Of a stretch of 64,000 bases of DNA, positions 1 to 8,920 are shown one piece after another. Both the position numbers and the translations under genes were made by a program. Each line of letters opens with the position of its first letter. Position 1 is the first letter of the stretch. Where the stretch lies: positions 2,314 through 66,313 of the IMG/VR virus record IMGVR_UViG_3300031555_003048; one strand, 5' to 3'. Origin of the DNA: a virus (taxonomy: Duplodnaviria; Caudoviricetes). The notes below the pieces were generated by a model. The model ran no database searches. It saw only the letters and a list, made by a program, of their open reading frames with translations, and had not been told where the DNA came from.

Positions 1-510
1 GAATGTTCTATTTCTAATGGTCTTGGAATAAGAACTGTTTTATGGGTAGCAGGTTGTTCACATCATTGTTTTAATTGTCAGAATCCAGAAACTTGGGATT
101 CTGACAATGGACAACCTTTTACTAATGAATCTATGCAGAAGCTTTTAAACTGTCTACAAAAAGACTATGTGAGAGGTATTACTTTCAGTGGTGGAGACCC
201 TTTATATCGGTTAAATGTTAGGACTATAGGTGAATTATCCAAACAAATAAAAGAAATTTTTAATAATAACAAAGATCAGTGGTTATACACCGGTTATACT
301 TGGGAAGAAATTACCAATTCTGAATTAATTAATTATATAAAAAATATTGATATAATTGTTGATGGTTGTTATTTGGAAAATAAAAGAAATGTTTCATTGC
401 CTTTCCGTGGCAGTTCTAATCAAAGAATTATTGATGTTCAAAAATCTTTACAAAATAGTAATTTAGAACCTACATTATTTAAAGGTAACATTTATAATTA
501 TATATTTTAG
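1..510 (+). CDS. nrdG: Anaerobic ribonucleotide reductase activating enzyme (radical SAM), 5'-truncated by window edge
   Basis: Frame is open from base 1: ECSISNGLGIRTVLWVAGCSHHCFNCQNPETW (CxxxCxxC), then GITFSGGDPL, DIIVDG, FRGSSNQR. Confidence 0.93.
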   Translation, partial: ECSISNGLGIRTVLWVAGCSHHCFNCQNPETWDSDNGQPFTNESMQKLLNCLQKDYVRGITFSGGDPLYRLNVRTIGELSKQIKEIFNNNKDQWLYTGYTWEEITNSELINYIKNIDIIVDGCYLENKRNVSLPFRGSSNQRIIDVQKSLQNSNLEPTLFKGNIYNYIF

Positions 511-534
511 AATAAGTTAGGAGATTGTGTAAAA

Positions 535-1722
535 GTGAATACTAAAATTAATAATAAATGGATTAGAGGAGCACTACCTGCTATTTTAATTCATATATCT
601 ATTGGAAGTGTATATGCCTGGAGCTTATTTGTAAAGTCAATAGCTCAACACATAAACAAATCCGAAAGTAGTGTGCAATTTGCATTTAGTTTAGCTATTT
701 TCTTTTTGGGTATGTCTGCAGCATTTGGTGGCAAAATAGTGGAAAAGAATATAAAACGTTCAAGTCTAATTAGTTGTTTATGTTTTTGTTCTGGCTTATT
801 ACTAACTTCTATAGCGATTTATTTAAAAAGTTTATTTCTTGTTTACATAGGTTATGGAGTTCTAATGGGAATTGGATTGGGAGTAGGTTATATTACACCT
901 GTTAAAACATTAATGTTATGGTTTAAAGAACATAAAGGATTAGCTACTGGAATTAGTGTGTGTGCTTTTGGTTTTGCTTCAAGTGTAGCAAGTCCTATAA
1001 TTACTTATTTAATAAGTCATACAACACTGACTAACTCCTTTATTATTTTAGCTTTAATTTATTTTGTGCCTATGTTAATTGCACATTTTATAATAAAAAA
1101 ACCTGATGGCTGGAAAGAAGACCCTAATAATAATTTTAAAACATTTAATATGTTTAAAGACATTAAGTTTATTTTTATTTGGATTATAGTGTATTTAAAT
1201 ATTCACTGTGGTTTATCTTTAATATCTATAGCAAGTCCTATGTTAAATGAATTATCCATTAATACTAAAACAATTACTTTAATAGTTAGTATAATGGGCA
1301 TATTTAATGGAGCAGGTAGATTAGTGTTTTCTACGGCTTCTGATAAATTTAAACATCGTGTTAATATATATTTAGTAATTGCAGTAATGTCTTGTGTTAT
1401 TTCTATTATAGCTTCCATATTTAAATTAATTACATTTTATGAAGCTATTTTAATTATAATTTCAGCCTGTTATGGCGCTGGATTTAGTTGTTTACCCACA
1501 CTATTATCTGATATTTATGGAATGAAAAATATTAGTAAAATTCACGGACTGTCTCTAACAGCATGGGCAATTGCTGGACTAACTGGAAATCAAATGAGTA
1601 GCATTATTAAAAATATTACTGATTCATATACAAATGTTCTATATTTTTTAATTGCTTTATATATTATTGAATTAAGTTTAGTTTTTGGACTAAAATATAA
1701 GCTAAGTAGAAAAACAAATTAG
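535..1722 (+). CDS. MFS transporter, oxalate/formate antiporter (OFA)-like
   Basis: About 12 hydrophobic segments; GSVYAWSLF, GIGLGVGYITP, WFKEHKGLATG, FNGAGRL, YGAGFS motifs typical of OFA-family MFS. Confidence 0.85.
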   Translation: MNTKINNKWIRGALPAILIHISIGSVYAWSLFVKSIAQHINKSESSVQFAFSLAIFFLGMSAAFGGKIVEKNIKRSSLISCLCFCSGLLLTSIAIYLKSLFLVYIGYGVLMGIGLGVGYITPVKTLMLWFKEHKGLATGISVCAFGFASSVASPIITYLISHTTLTNSFIILALIYFVPMLIAHFIIKKPDGWKEDPNNNFKTFNMFKDIKFIFIWIIVYLNIHCGLSLISIASPMLNELSINTKTITLIVSIMGIFNGAGRLVFSTASDKFKHRVNIYLVIAVMSCVISIIASIFKLITFYEAILIIISACYGAGFSCLPTLLSDIYGMKNISKIHGLSLTAWAIAGLTGNQMSSIIKNITDSYTNVLYFLIALYIIELSLVFGLKYKLSRKTN

Positions 1723-1723
1723 G

Positions 1724-2284
1724 TTGAAGGAGATGATTGAATTGAATTTACTAATGCCTATAACTGTAACAATTAGTAAAGAAAAATATCTTTTAATTAG
1801 AGAAAGCAACATCAATTTTATTTGTAGTTATTGTGATAATCGCAATAATTGTAAATTTTTGAAGGAATTAAACAGTTTAATTCCAGTATTTCAATTTGAT
1901 AGTAAAGATAGTGAATTTGTTAAACTACAATTGAATTCCATTGTAAAGGAAATAAATAATTATTCTAATCTAAAAGGCATTATATATTTGATTGGTGAAC
2001 ATAATCTTGTAACCTATCGTAAATCATTATATCAATTATCAAAATCTATATTCAATTTGGATAAATCCCTAACACAAATTTTATTTACAAATGTAGAATT
2101 TTTTAATTTAGTTAAACTTACATCTGCCTATCAATATTTAACCTATGTAGATTTGATAATGCAGAATGAACATATTGATTATGTTAATTGTGATAATTAC
2201 TTAGATTGTATTTTTAATAATGCTATCTATGTTGATTTAACTAAATCTTTTTCAAGTGGAAAATTAGTTTACAAAAATTTATGA
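1724..2284 (+). CDS. Hypothetical protein
   Basis: 186-aa ORF tightly packed in the operon. Confidence 0.6.
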   Translation: MKEMIELNLLMPITVTISKEKYLLIRESNINFICSYCDNRNNCKFLKELNSLIPVFQFDSKDSEFVKLQLNSIVKEINNYSNLKGIIYLIGEHNLVTYRKSLYQLSKSIFNLDKSLTQILFTNVEFFNLVKLTSAYQYLTYVDLIMQNEHIDYVNCDNYLDCIFNNAIYVDLTKSFSSGKLVYKNL

Positions 2285-2328
2285 TTTTACAAAATAATTT
2301 TTTGTAAATATAAGGGCGGTGATAACTT

Positions 2329-3042
2329 TTGTATGAACTAAATTTTGATAAAGAACAATGTTGGTATAAAACAGTCTGTGAGCATTTTGATAATACTGAA
2401 ATATGTAATAAAAGATGTGTTCGTTATTCTGAAATAGACTATTTGATGTATTTATCTAATATCCCTAAAGCTCGACAACAGCCCTTTAAACTAATTCCTG
2501 AAAATGCTGATATGGAAGCTTTTAAATATCTTAATGAAATTAAAAAAGATATTACTAATTTTGTAAAAAATGGGGAAAATCTTTATATATACAGTAATAA
2601 TTTTGGCAATGGAAAAACTTCTTGGGCAATCAAAATAATGCAAGAATATTTTAATAGAGTTTGGTATGGTAATAGATATAGATGTAGGGGTCTTTTTATA
2701 TTTGTGCCTTCTTTTTTAACTAATTTAAAAAGAAATATATCTAATCCAACAGAAGAATTTGATAGCTTTTTAAATAGAATTATAGAAGCTGATTTAGTTA
2801 TTTGGGATGATATAGGTGCCAATAAACTTTCTGATTATGACCATACACAACTATTAACTTATATTGACCAAAGAAAGTTAAATTTAAAGTCAAATATTTA
2901 TACTGGAAATTTGGATTATGATAAATTAATGGAATATTTGGGTGCTCGTTTAACAAGTCGTATTTGGAATGATAGTAATATAGTAAAACTTATTGGTTTG
3001 GATAGGAGGGGATTTGATAATGGTTCAACTCCAAATCCTTAA
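2329..3042 (+). CDS. DnaC/IstB-like ATPase (helicase loader)
   Basis: Walker A NNFGNGKTS, Walker B LVIWDDIG, GARLTSRI; directly upstream of helicase. Confidence 0.85.
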   Translation: MYELNFDKEQCWYKTVCEHFDNTEICNKRCVRYSEIDYLMYLSNIPKARQQPFKLIPENADMEAFKYLNEIKKDITNFVKNGENLYIYSNNFGNGKTSWAIKIMQEYFNRVWYGNRYRCRGLFIFVPSFLTNLKRNISNPTEEFDSFLNRIIEADLVIWDDIGANKLSDYDHTQLLTYIDQRKLNLKSNIYTGNLDYDKLMEYLGARLTSRIWNDSNIVKLIGLDRRGFDNGSTPNP

Positions 3043-4387
3043 TAAGATTTTATTATCTAAAGATTTTACAATAATTAAAAATAATGATATAACTGTAGAT
3101 TTTTTTGACCCACCTTACGATACATATTTTAATTTTATATATAACCATTATTTACAATATGGTAATGTGCCAGATAAAGAAACCTTTTTATCTCGATTTG
3201 ATGACTTTGATTTAGTTCAAGTTACAGAATCAGATAATGCTCTTGTAGATATGTTGTTTGAAGAGCACTTGTACAATAAAATGGTTACAGTTATACAGAC
3301 TGTTTCCAATAAAGCACAAGATAATTCAAATGATGCTGTTGAATATTTAAAATCAGAATTACCTAATTTAGTAGTAAGAACACACAAATCTTTTACAAGT
3401 ATTATTAAACAAGCTAATGAACGTTTAAAAGAAGTGGAAGAAAAACAAAATTCTGAAAAGTCTTGGTTTATACCTACAGGATTCCCTGAATTAGATAATG
3501 TAGTAAACGGTTGGTCAAGAGGTGAAGAATTTGTAGTTATATTTGCCCGTACCGGACAAGGTAAATCTTGGGTATTAGTTAAAGCAGCAACTCACGCATG
3601 GGAAATAGGATATAATGTTGGTTATATATCTCCAGAAATGTCCGCTAATAGAATTGGTTATCGTTTTGATACAAACTATAATCATTTTTCTAACTCAGAA
3701 CTATTAACGGGTAGGGTTGATATTCAAAAATATAGAGATTATATTTTATCCTTGGAACAAAAAGAAAATGAATTTGCTGTAGCTACTCCTGCTGATTTTA
3801 ATAAAAGAATCACGGTTAGTAAATTAAGAAATTTTGTTATTGATAATAAATTAGATATGTTATGTATTGACGGTATTACTTATCTTTCTGATGAACGTGC
3901 TAATAGTAGAGATAATAAAAGTACAGCATTAACAAATATTAGTGAAGATTTAATGCTATTATCTGTAGAACTTCAAATACCTATATTGGTAGTTGTTCAG
4001 TCCAATAGAGAAGGTGCCCGTAATGATGAAGAAAGAGGTACACCTGAACTGGAAAACATTAGAGATTCTGATGGAATATCCCATAATGCAACTAAGGTAA
4101 TTTCTTTAAGACAGACTGGACCTGGTTTAGAAATGGGTATTAAGAAAAATAGAGACGGTTCGACTAATGTTCGTTTAGTTTATACTTGGGATATTGATAC
4201 TGGTATCTATACTTATATTCCTGGTGAAAATGATGTCAATGGAATTAGAGTTAGTTCACATACAAGTTCTAATGAAAATACTACTAATAGAAGAAATTCT
4301 GTTAATAGAAATAGTAATAATAATAATTCTTTAGCAAATATTCAACCTGAACGTAAAGTATTTGCCGATGTAACAAGTCCATTCTAA
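3020..4387 (+). CDS. dnaB: Replicative DnaB-like helicase
   Basis: WFIPTGFPELD, FARTGQGKS, LCIDGI, VVVQSNR, DSDGISHNA, KKNRDG; ATG 3020 follows GGAGG. Confidence 0.9.
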   Translation: MVQLQILNKILLSKDFTIIKNNDITVDFFDPPYDTYFNFIYNHYLQYGNVPDKETFLSRFDDFDLVQVTESDNALVDMLFEEHLYNKMVTVIQTVSNKAQDNSNDAVEYLKSELPNLVVRTHKSFTSIIKQANERLKEVEEKQNSEKSWFIPTGFPELDNVVNGWSRGEEFVVIFARTGQGKSWVLVKAATHAWEIGYNVGYISPEMSANRIGYRFDTNYNHFSNSELLTGRVDIQKYRDYILSLEQKENEFAVATPADFNKRITVSKLRNFVIDNKLDMLCIDGITYLSDERANSRDNKSTALTNISEDLMLLSVELQIPILVVVQSNREGARNDEERGTPELENIRDSDGISHNATKVISLRQTGPGLEMGIKKNRDGSTNVRLVYTWDIDTGIYTYIPGENDVNGIRVSSHTSSNENTTNRRNSVNRNSNNNNSLANIQPERKVFADVTSPF

Positions 4388-4398
4388 AAGGAGATTTT

Positions 4399-4833
4399 AT
4401 GAAAATAATTGATTTCGATAAAAAAGGTAATGTTGTAAGATTTTATTTAGGTAAAGATGACCTCAATGATTATTGGGGTGATGATTGGAATGATGTTCCT
4501 TATGAACATAATGCTGGAACTGTTTATGATGAATTTATAAGCGGAACCATTGATGTGGCATTTCCGTTTGTTTATACAATAGTTGAACCTGCCGATGATT
4601 GGCATTATAATCTTAATTCTCCTTTTTGCAAGGACGATATGAGAGAAAGAAAAGTACCTTGTCTCATTATAGTTCCGCTTATGAATGATAGTTTTATGGA
4701 CAGTAAAGCCTTTTCTTATTATGTAGGTGATAGTGGACTGGATAAGATATATTTTAATGATAATGTTGAAGGTCTTAAAAAGTTAGCACAAGAGCAAAGA
4801 GCTTTTATTATAAAGGAGAATTATTATGAATAA
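4399..4833 (+). CDS. Hypothetical protein
   Basis: ORF with AGGAG RBS, in operon. Confidence 0.65.
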   Translation: MKIIDFDKKGNVVRFYLGKDDLNDYWGDDWNDVPYEHNAGTVYDEFISGTIDVAFPFVYTIVEPADDWHYNLNSPFCKDDMRERKVPCLIIVPLMNDSFMDSKAFSYYVGDSGLDKIYFNDNVEGLKKLAQEQRAFIIKENYYE

Positions 4834-5221
4834 GTTTAAGAAAAAGGTCTATGTTGCAGGAATATTTCAGAATAAACCCGAAAATAAGAAGTACATTGAA
4901 GAATGGTGCTTAAAGCTTTCTAAATGGTTTCCAGATTATTTGTTTATCAATGGAGTATCTACTTTTAGTTATTATTATGATGTAACTAATATGAAAACAG
5001 GATTGAAGATGTGTGTGGAATTATTGAAGACTTGTGATGCTATTGTAACTGTAAGTGATTATACTAATTCTATTGGCACTTGGGTAGAAATTATGATAGC
5101 AGAGGAATTAGGATTACATTCTTTTGAACATATTGATACTGAAATTAATAATAATCAACGCTTTGAGACTCAATTACATTCATTTAAAAATACAGTAGAA
5201 CATAGATTTTTTGGGGATTAA
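4826..5221 (+). CDS. DUF4406/nucleoside deoxyribosyltransferase-like protein
   Basis: KVYVAG...LLKTCDAI...SIGTWVEIMIAEELGL pattern. Confidence 0.6.
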   Translation: MNKFKKKVYVAGIFQNKPENKKYIEEWCLKLSKWFPDYLFINGVSTFSYYYDVTNMKTGLKMCVELLKTCDAIVTVSDYTNSIGTWVEIMIAEELGLHSFEHIDTEINNNQRFETQLHSFKNTVEHRFFGD

Positions 5222-5242
5222 TATGAATACTAAAAAATTATT

Positions 5243-6319
5243 TTGAGGGTCACTATAATGTTTCATATAAATAATACGCAGATACTAACTCCTGAAATAG
5301 AAGTTTTACAAGAACTTAAATCACAATTAGCTATTAATGGAATTAATTTATTTAACAAATTTGTGGAAACTGAAAATCATATACAATTTAATTGTCCTGC
5401 ACATAAAGGAGGACAAGAAAGAAAACCTTCTTGTGGTATTACTAAAAAAGATATTGTACAAGATTTAGGTAATGGTAAGAAAAAAGTAATTGAAGCTGGA
5501 ACCGTTCATTGTTTTCAGTGCGGATATACTACATCTTTACCAGAAATGATAAGTGATTGTTTTGGGAAAAATGATGGTGGACTTTTTGGCATTAAGTGGC
5601 TAACTGAAAATTTTATTACACAATCTATTGAAACTCGTAAACCTATTCAATTAAATTTTAATAGAACCACTGATAAATTTAAAGGAATAAACAATAAAAA
5701 TCAATCAATCAATTATGTTTCTGAGGAAGAATTAGATACATACAGATACTTTCACCCTTATATGTATCAGAGGAAATTGACTGACGACATAATCGAATTA
5801 TTTGATGTAGGTTATGATAAAGATTTTGTGCTAAAGAGTAAGGAAACTGGTAAAGAAAAACATTTAGAATGCATCACTTTTCCAGTAAGAGACATTACTG
5901 GTGGTACTTTGTTTATTGCCAGAAGATGTATTCATAATAAGATATTTCACTACCCACAAGATGTTATTAAACCTTTATATGGAATTTATGAACTATCCAG
6001 ACTTAAAGAATTTCCAAAAAAGGTTTATATTTGTGAAAGTATTATTGATGCACTTACTTTGTGGACACATAATAAATATGCTGTGGCACTGAATGGAACA
6101 GGTACACCTTTGCAGTTTAAACAATTAACCAATTTACCTTGTAGAAAATTAGTTTTGGCTACAGATTCTGACGAAGCCGGTATGAAAGCCCGTAATAAAA
6201 TTCGTAACAATGTTCAACATAAATTCTTTGCAGATGTAGTTTTACCTATAGGTAGAAAAGACATTAATGAATGTACTTTTGAAGAACTTGAAAATTTGCA
6301 AGAAATAGAATTAATTTAA
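5243..6319 (+). CDS. dnaG: DNA primase (Zn finger + TOPRIM)
   Basis: CPAH...ERKPSC...HCFQC Zn motif; YICESIIDAL, LATDSDEAG, KDINE; likely start ATG 5258. Confidence 0.88.
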   Translation: MRVTIMFHINNTQILTPEIEVLQELKSQLAINGINLFNKFVETENHIQFNCPAHKGGQERKPSCGITKKDIVQDLGNGKKKVIEAGTVHCFQCGYTTSLPEMISDCFGKNDGGLFGIKWLTENFITQSIETRKPIQLNFNRTTDKFKGINNKNQSINYVSEEELDTYRYFHPYMYQRKLTDDIIELFDVGYDKDFVLKSKETGKEKHLECITFPVRDITGGTLFIARRCIHNKIFHYPQDVIKPLYGIYELSRLKEFPKKVYICESIIDALTLWTHNKYAVALNGTGTPLQFKQLTNLPCRKLVLATDSDEAGMKARNKIRNNVQHKFFADVVLPIGRKDINECTFEELENLQEIELI

Positions 6320-6332
6320 AGGATTAAATATC

Positions 6333-7094
6333 ATGAATGTTCAAACTACATTGTTTAATGATGATTGCTTAAATATTTTGCCTACAATTAGTTCTAATTC
6401 AATTGATTCTGTATTAACTTCTCCACCATATAATTTTGATATAAGATATAATAGTTATGATGATAAACTTAACAATAATAACTATTTTGAATTTCTAACT
6501 AAAGTGTTTAAAGAATGTTATAGAATTTTAAAACCTGATGGAAGACTTATTATCAATGTTCAACCCAATTATAAAGATTATTTACCTACACATCATATTT
6601 TAACTAATTATTTATTTAATATTGGATATAGATTTAAAACAGAAATTCTATGGAATAAAATGAACTATAATTGTGCTGTAACTTGTTGGGGAAGTTATAG
6701 GAGTCCTTCTGCTCCTTTTATAAAATCTACATTTGAATTTATTGAAGTTTTTGTAAAAGATAATTACAAACATAGTGGTAAAAATGAAAATATAGATATT
6801 ACAGATAAAGAATTTCAAGAATGGACTAATAATTATTGGTGTATTCCAGCTGAAAATCGACAAAAAGAATTTGGTCATCCTGCAATGTTTCCAGAAAAGT
6901 TAGTGGAAAGATTATTGAAATTATTTACATTTAAACAAGATTTAGTTCTTGATCCATTTATGGGAAGTGGTACAACTGGTGTTGTTTGTAAATTATTTGA
7001 ACGTAATTTTATTGGAATAGAAATTGATAAACATTATTATAATTTGGCACAAAAGAGAATAGCTAAATCAAGTAAACAAATAAGTTTGTTTTAA
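6333..7094 (+). CDS. DNA amino-methyltransferase, beta class (probably N4-cytosine)
   Basis: Motif IV TSPPY precedes HPAMFP and motif I DPFMGSGTT. Confidence 0.9.
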   Translation: MNVQTTLFNDDCLNILPTISSNSIDSVLTSPPYNFDIRYNSYDDKLNNNNYFEFLTKVFKECYRILKPDGRLIINVQPNYKDYLPTHHILTNYLFNIGYRFKTEILWNKMNYNCAVTCWGSYRSPSAPFIKSTFEFIEVFVKDNYKHSGKNENIDITDKEFQEWTNNYWCIPAENRQKEFGHPAMFPEKLVERLLKLFTFKQDLVLDPFMGSGTTGVVCKLFERNFIGIEIDKHYYNLAQKRIAKSSKQISLF

Positions 7095-7149
7095 TACAAT
7101 TTAGTGGTTTTACATAAATACATACAATAATTTTTGTTTATACTTTATA

Positions 7150-7178
7150 TTTACATTTTGTTTATTATGTGTTATAAT
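7150..7178 (+). promoter_or_regulatory. SigA-like promoter (TTTACA-N17-TATAAT)
   Basis: tttaca ttttgtttattatgtgt tataat upstream of the sigma-factor gene. Confidence 0.6.
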
Positions 7179-7284
7179 ATTTTTATAAATTAAATTTTAG
7201 AATTAAAGAAAAAGATATATAAATGAAACAACAAAACAGTTACAGATGAATAAAGATTACAAATGAAACGAGGAATTACAAAAA

Positions 7285-7962
7285 ATGGAAAATACATTAA
7301 AAATGTTTAAATCTATTAATAATCAAAAATTATATAATTATACACTTGAAGAACTTGGTTCACAATATAAATTAAATCATAACCCACAAATACTTGCCAA
7401 TGTATTTATTCGGAATTATGGTTTAATAAAGTCTTGTGGAACCAAGTTTTTTACTTTACAAGATGACGATATAAGTAGTATTTCTGTTTCTACTTTGGAC
7501 TATTGTTTACTTAATTTCGATATAAATAAGGATTTGAAATTTACTACATATTTTTATTCTATCCTAATAAAAAATTTTAAGACAGAACAGAAATCAAGGT
7601 TATATGATAAACGTAAATATAATTATTTATCTAAGTTAAATTATTTTATTGATAATGAAAATAATGATTTAGATTATTCTGAGGATAATTTATTGAGCGT
7701 TATTAATTTTAAAGATCTTGATTTGTGGGTTGATTATGAACAATGTTATACTATAAATTATTTAGACACCTTACTAAAAATAACGATAAATGAAAGTAAG
7801 TTATTAACAGATAAGGAAAAACAATATTGTAATGTAATAATAGATAGTAATACTGTACTTAGTAAAACGGATTTATCCGAAATATTAAATGTAAGTAGAC
7901 CCACATTATATAGTATAATAAAAAGTTTAAAACATAAAATCAATAAAATCCTTTTAGATTAA
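7285..7962 (+). CDS. Phage RNA polymerase sigma-70-like factor
   Basis: Region-2-like FDINKDLKFTTYFY and C-terminal HTH LTDKEK...DLSEILNVSRPTL. Confidence 0.7.
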   Translation: MENTLKMFKSINNQKLYNYTLEELGSQYKLNHNPQILANVFIRNYGLIKSCGTKFFTLQDDDISSISVSTLDYCLLNFDINKDLKFTTYFYSILIKNFKTEQKSRLYDKRKYNYLSKLNYFIDNENNDLDYSEDNLLSVINFKDLDLWVDYEQCYTINYLDTLLKITINESKLLTDKEKQYCNVIIDSNTVLSKTDLSEILNVSRPTLYSIIKSLKHKINKILLD

Positions 7963-8186
7963 TTTTAAGCATATTAGTTTACACTTTTTTATATATTTAC
8001 AAAATAATATATGTAGTATATAAAGGGTGGTGATTATTATATTTAATAGGTTTATTAAGAAATTTTCTATTTGGTTGTTTCGTAAAGCTTATAAATTAAA
8101 TGGAAACAATTAAATGATAATTTAAGAATCAAACAAAATCACAAAAATTAAAAACAAAAACATTAAACAAGAAAGGTTGGTTAGTT

Positions 8187-8867
8187 ATGGCAAAATTTGG
8201 TGTTAATGATGCTGAAAATTATGGTGGACAAGGAGGTAACTATTTTTCATTAAAAGATGACGGTGATAGTGCCGTTGTACGTTTTATGTATAACACTATT
8301 GAAGATATTGATGGATATGCTGTTCATAAAGTTGATATTGGAGGAAATAAATATCGTTATGTTAGTTGTTTGAGAGAATATAATGATCCTCTTGATACTT
8401 GTCCTCTGTGTGCAAACAGAAATTTTCAGCAAGCTAAATTTTATTTTAATCTTTTTGATGTAGAAACTGAAGAAGTTCGTCTTTGGGAAAGAGGCAAACA
8501 GATACTTAAAACCCTTATACCTGTACTACAGCAAATTAAGGGACCTATCTGTGGTACACCTATCAGAATAATTAGACATGGCGTTGCTGGTGATACTTAC
8601 ACCAAATATGATTTTGAACTTATAGAATCTGATGGTTGTACACTTGAAGATTTACCTGAAACTATTGATCCTATGGAAAATATTATTCTTTCCTATTCCT
8701 TTAATGAACTGCAGGACTATAATAGAACACATAGACTTCCTAATATAGATTCTTTTGATAGTAGTTCTAATGGAAATAATAATTACACTAATAATACTAA
8801 TACAGAATCAAATATTAGAAGAAGATATTCTGGTAGGAATGGTACAAATCCAAATAATGCTTTTTAA
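8187..8867 (+). CDS. Single-stranded DNA-binding protein (gp32-like)
   Basis: YFSLKDDGDSAVVRF, CPLC, VRLWERG, GDTYTKY, low-complexity tail; precedes polymerase. Confidence 0.7.
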   Translation: MAKFGVNDAENYGGQGGNYFSLKDDGDSAVVRFMYNTIEDIDGYAVHKVDIGGNKYRYVSCLREYNDPLDTCPLCANRNFQQAKFYFNLFDVETEEVRLWERGKQILKTLIPVLQQIKGPICGTPIRIIRHGVAGDTYTKYDFELIESDGCTLEDLPETIDPMENIILSYSFNELQDYNRTHRLPNIDSFDSSSNGNNNYTNNTNTESNIRRRYSGRNGTNPNNAF

Positions 8868-8920
8868 TTAAATTCTTAAAATTTAATTATGTCATAGTAA
8901 TTGAAAAGAAGGTGGTTTAA

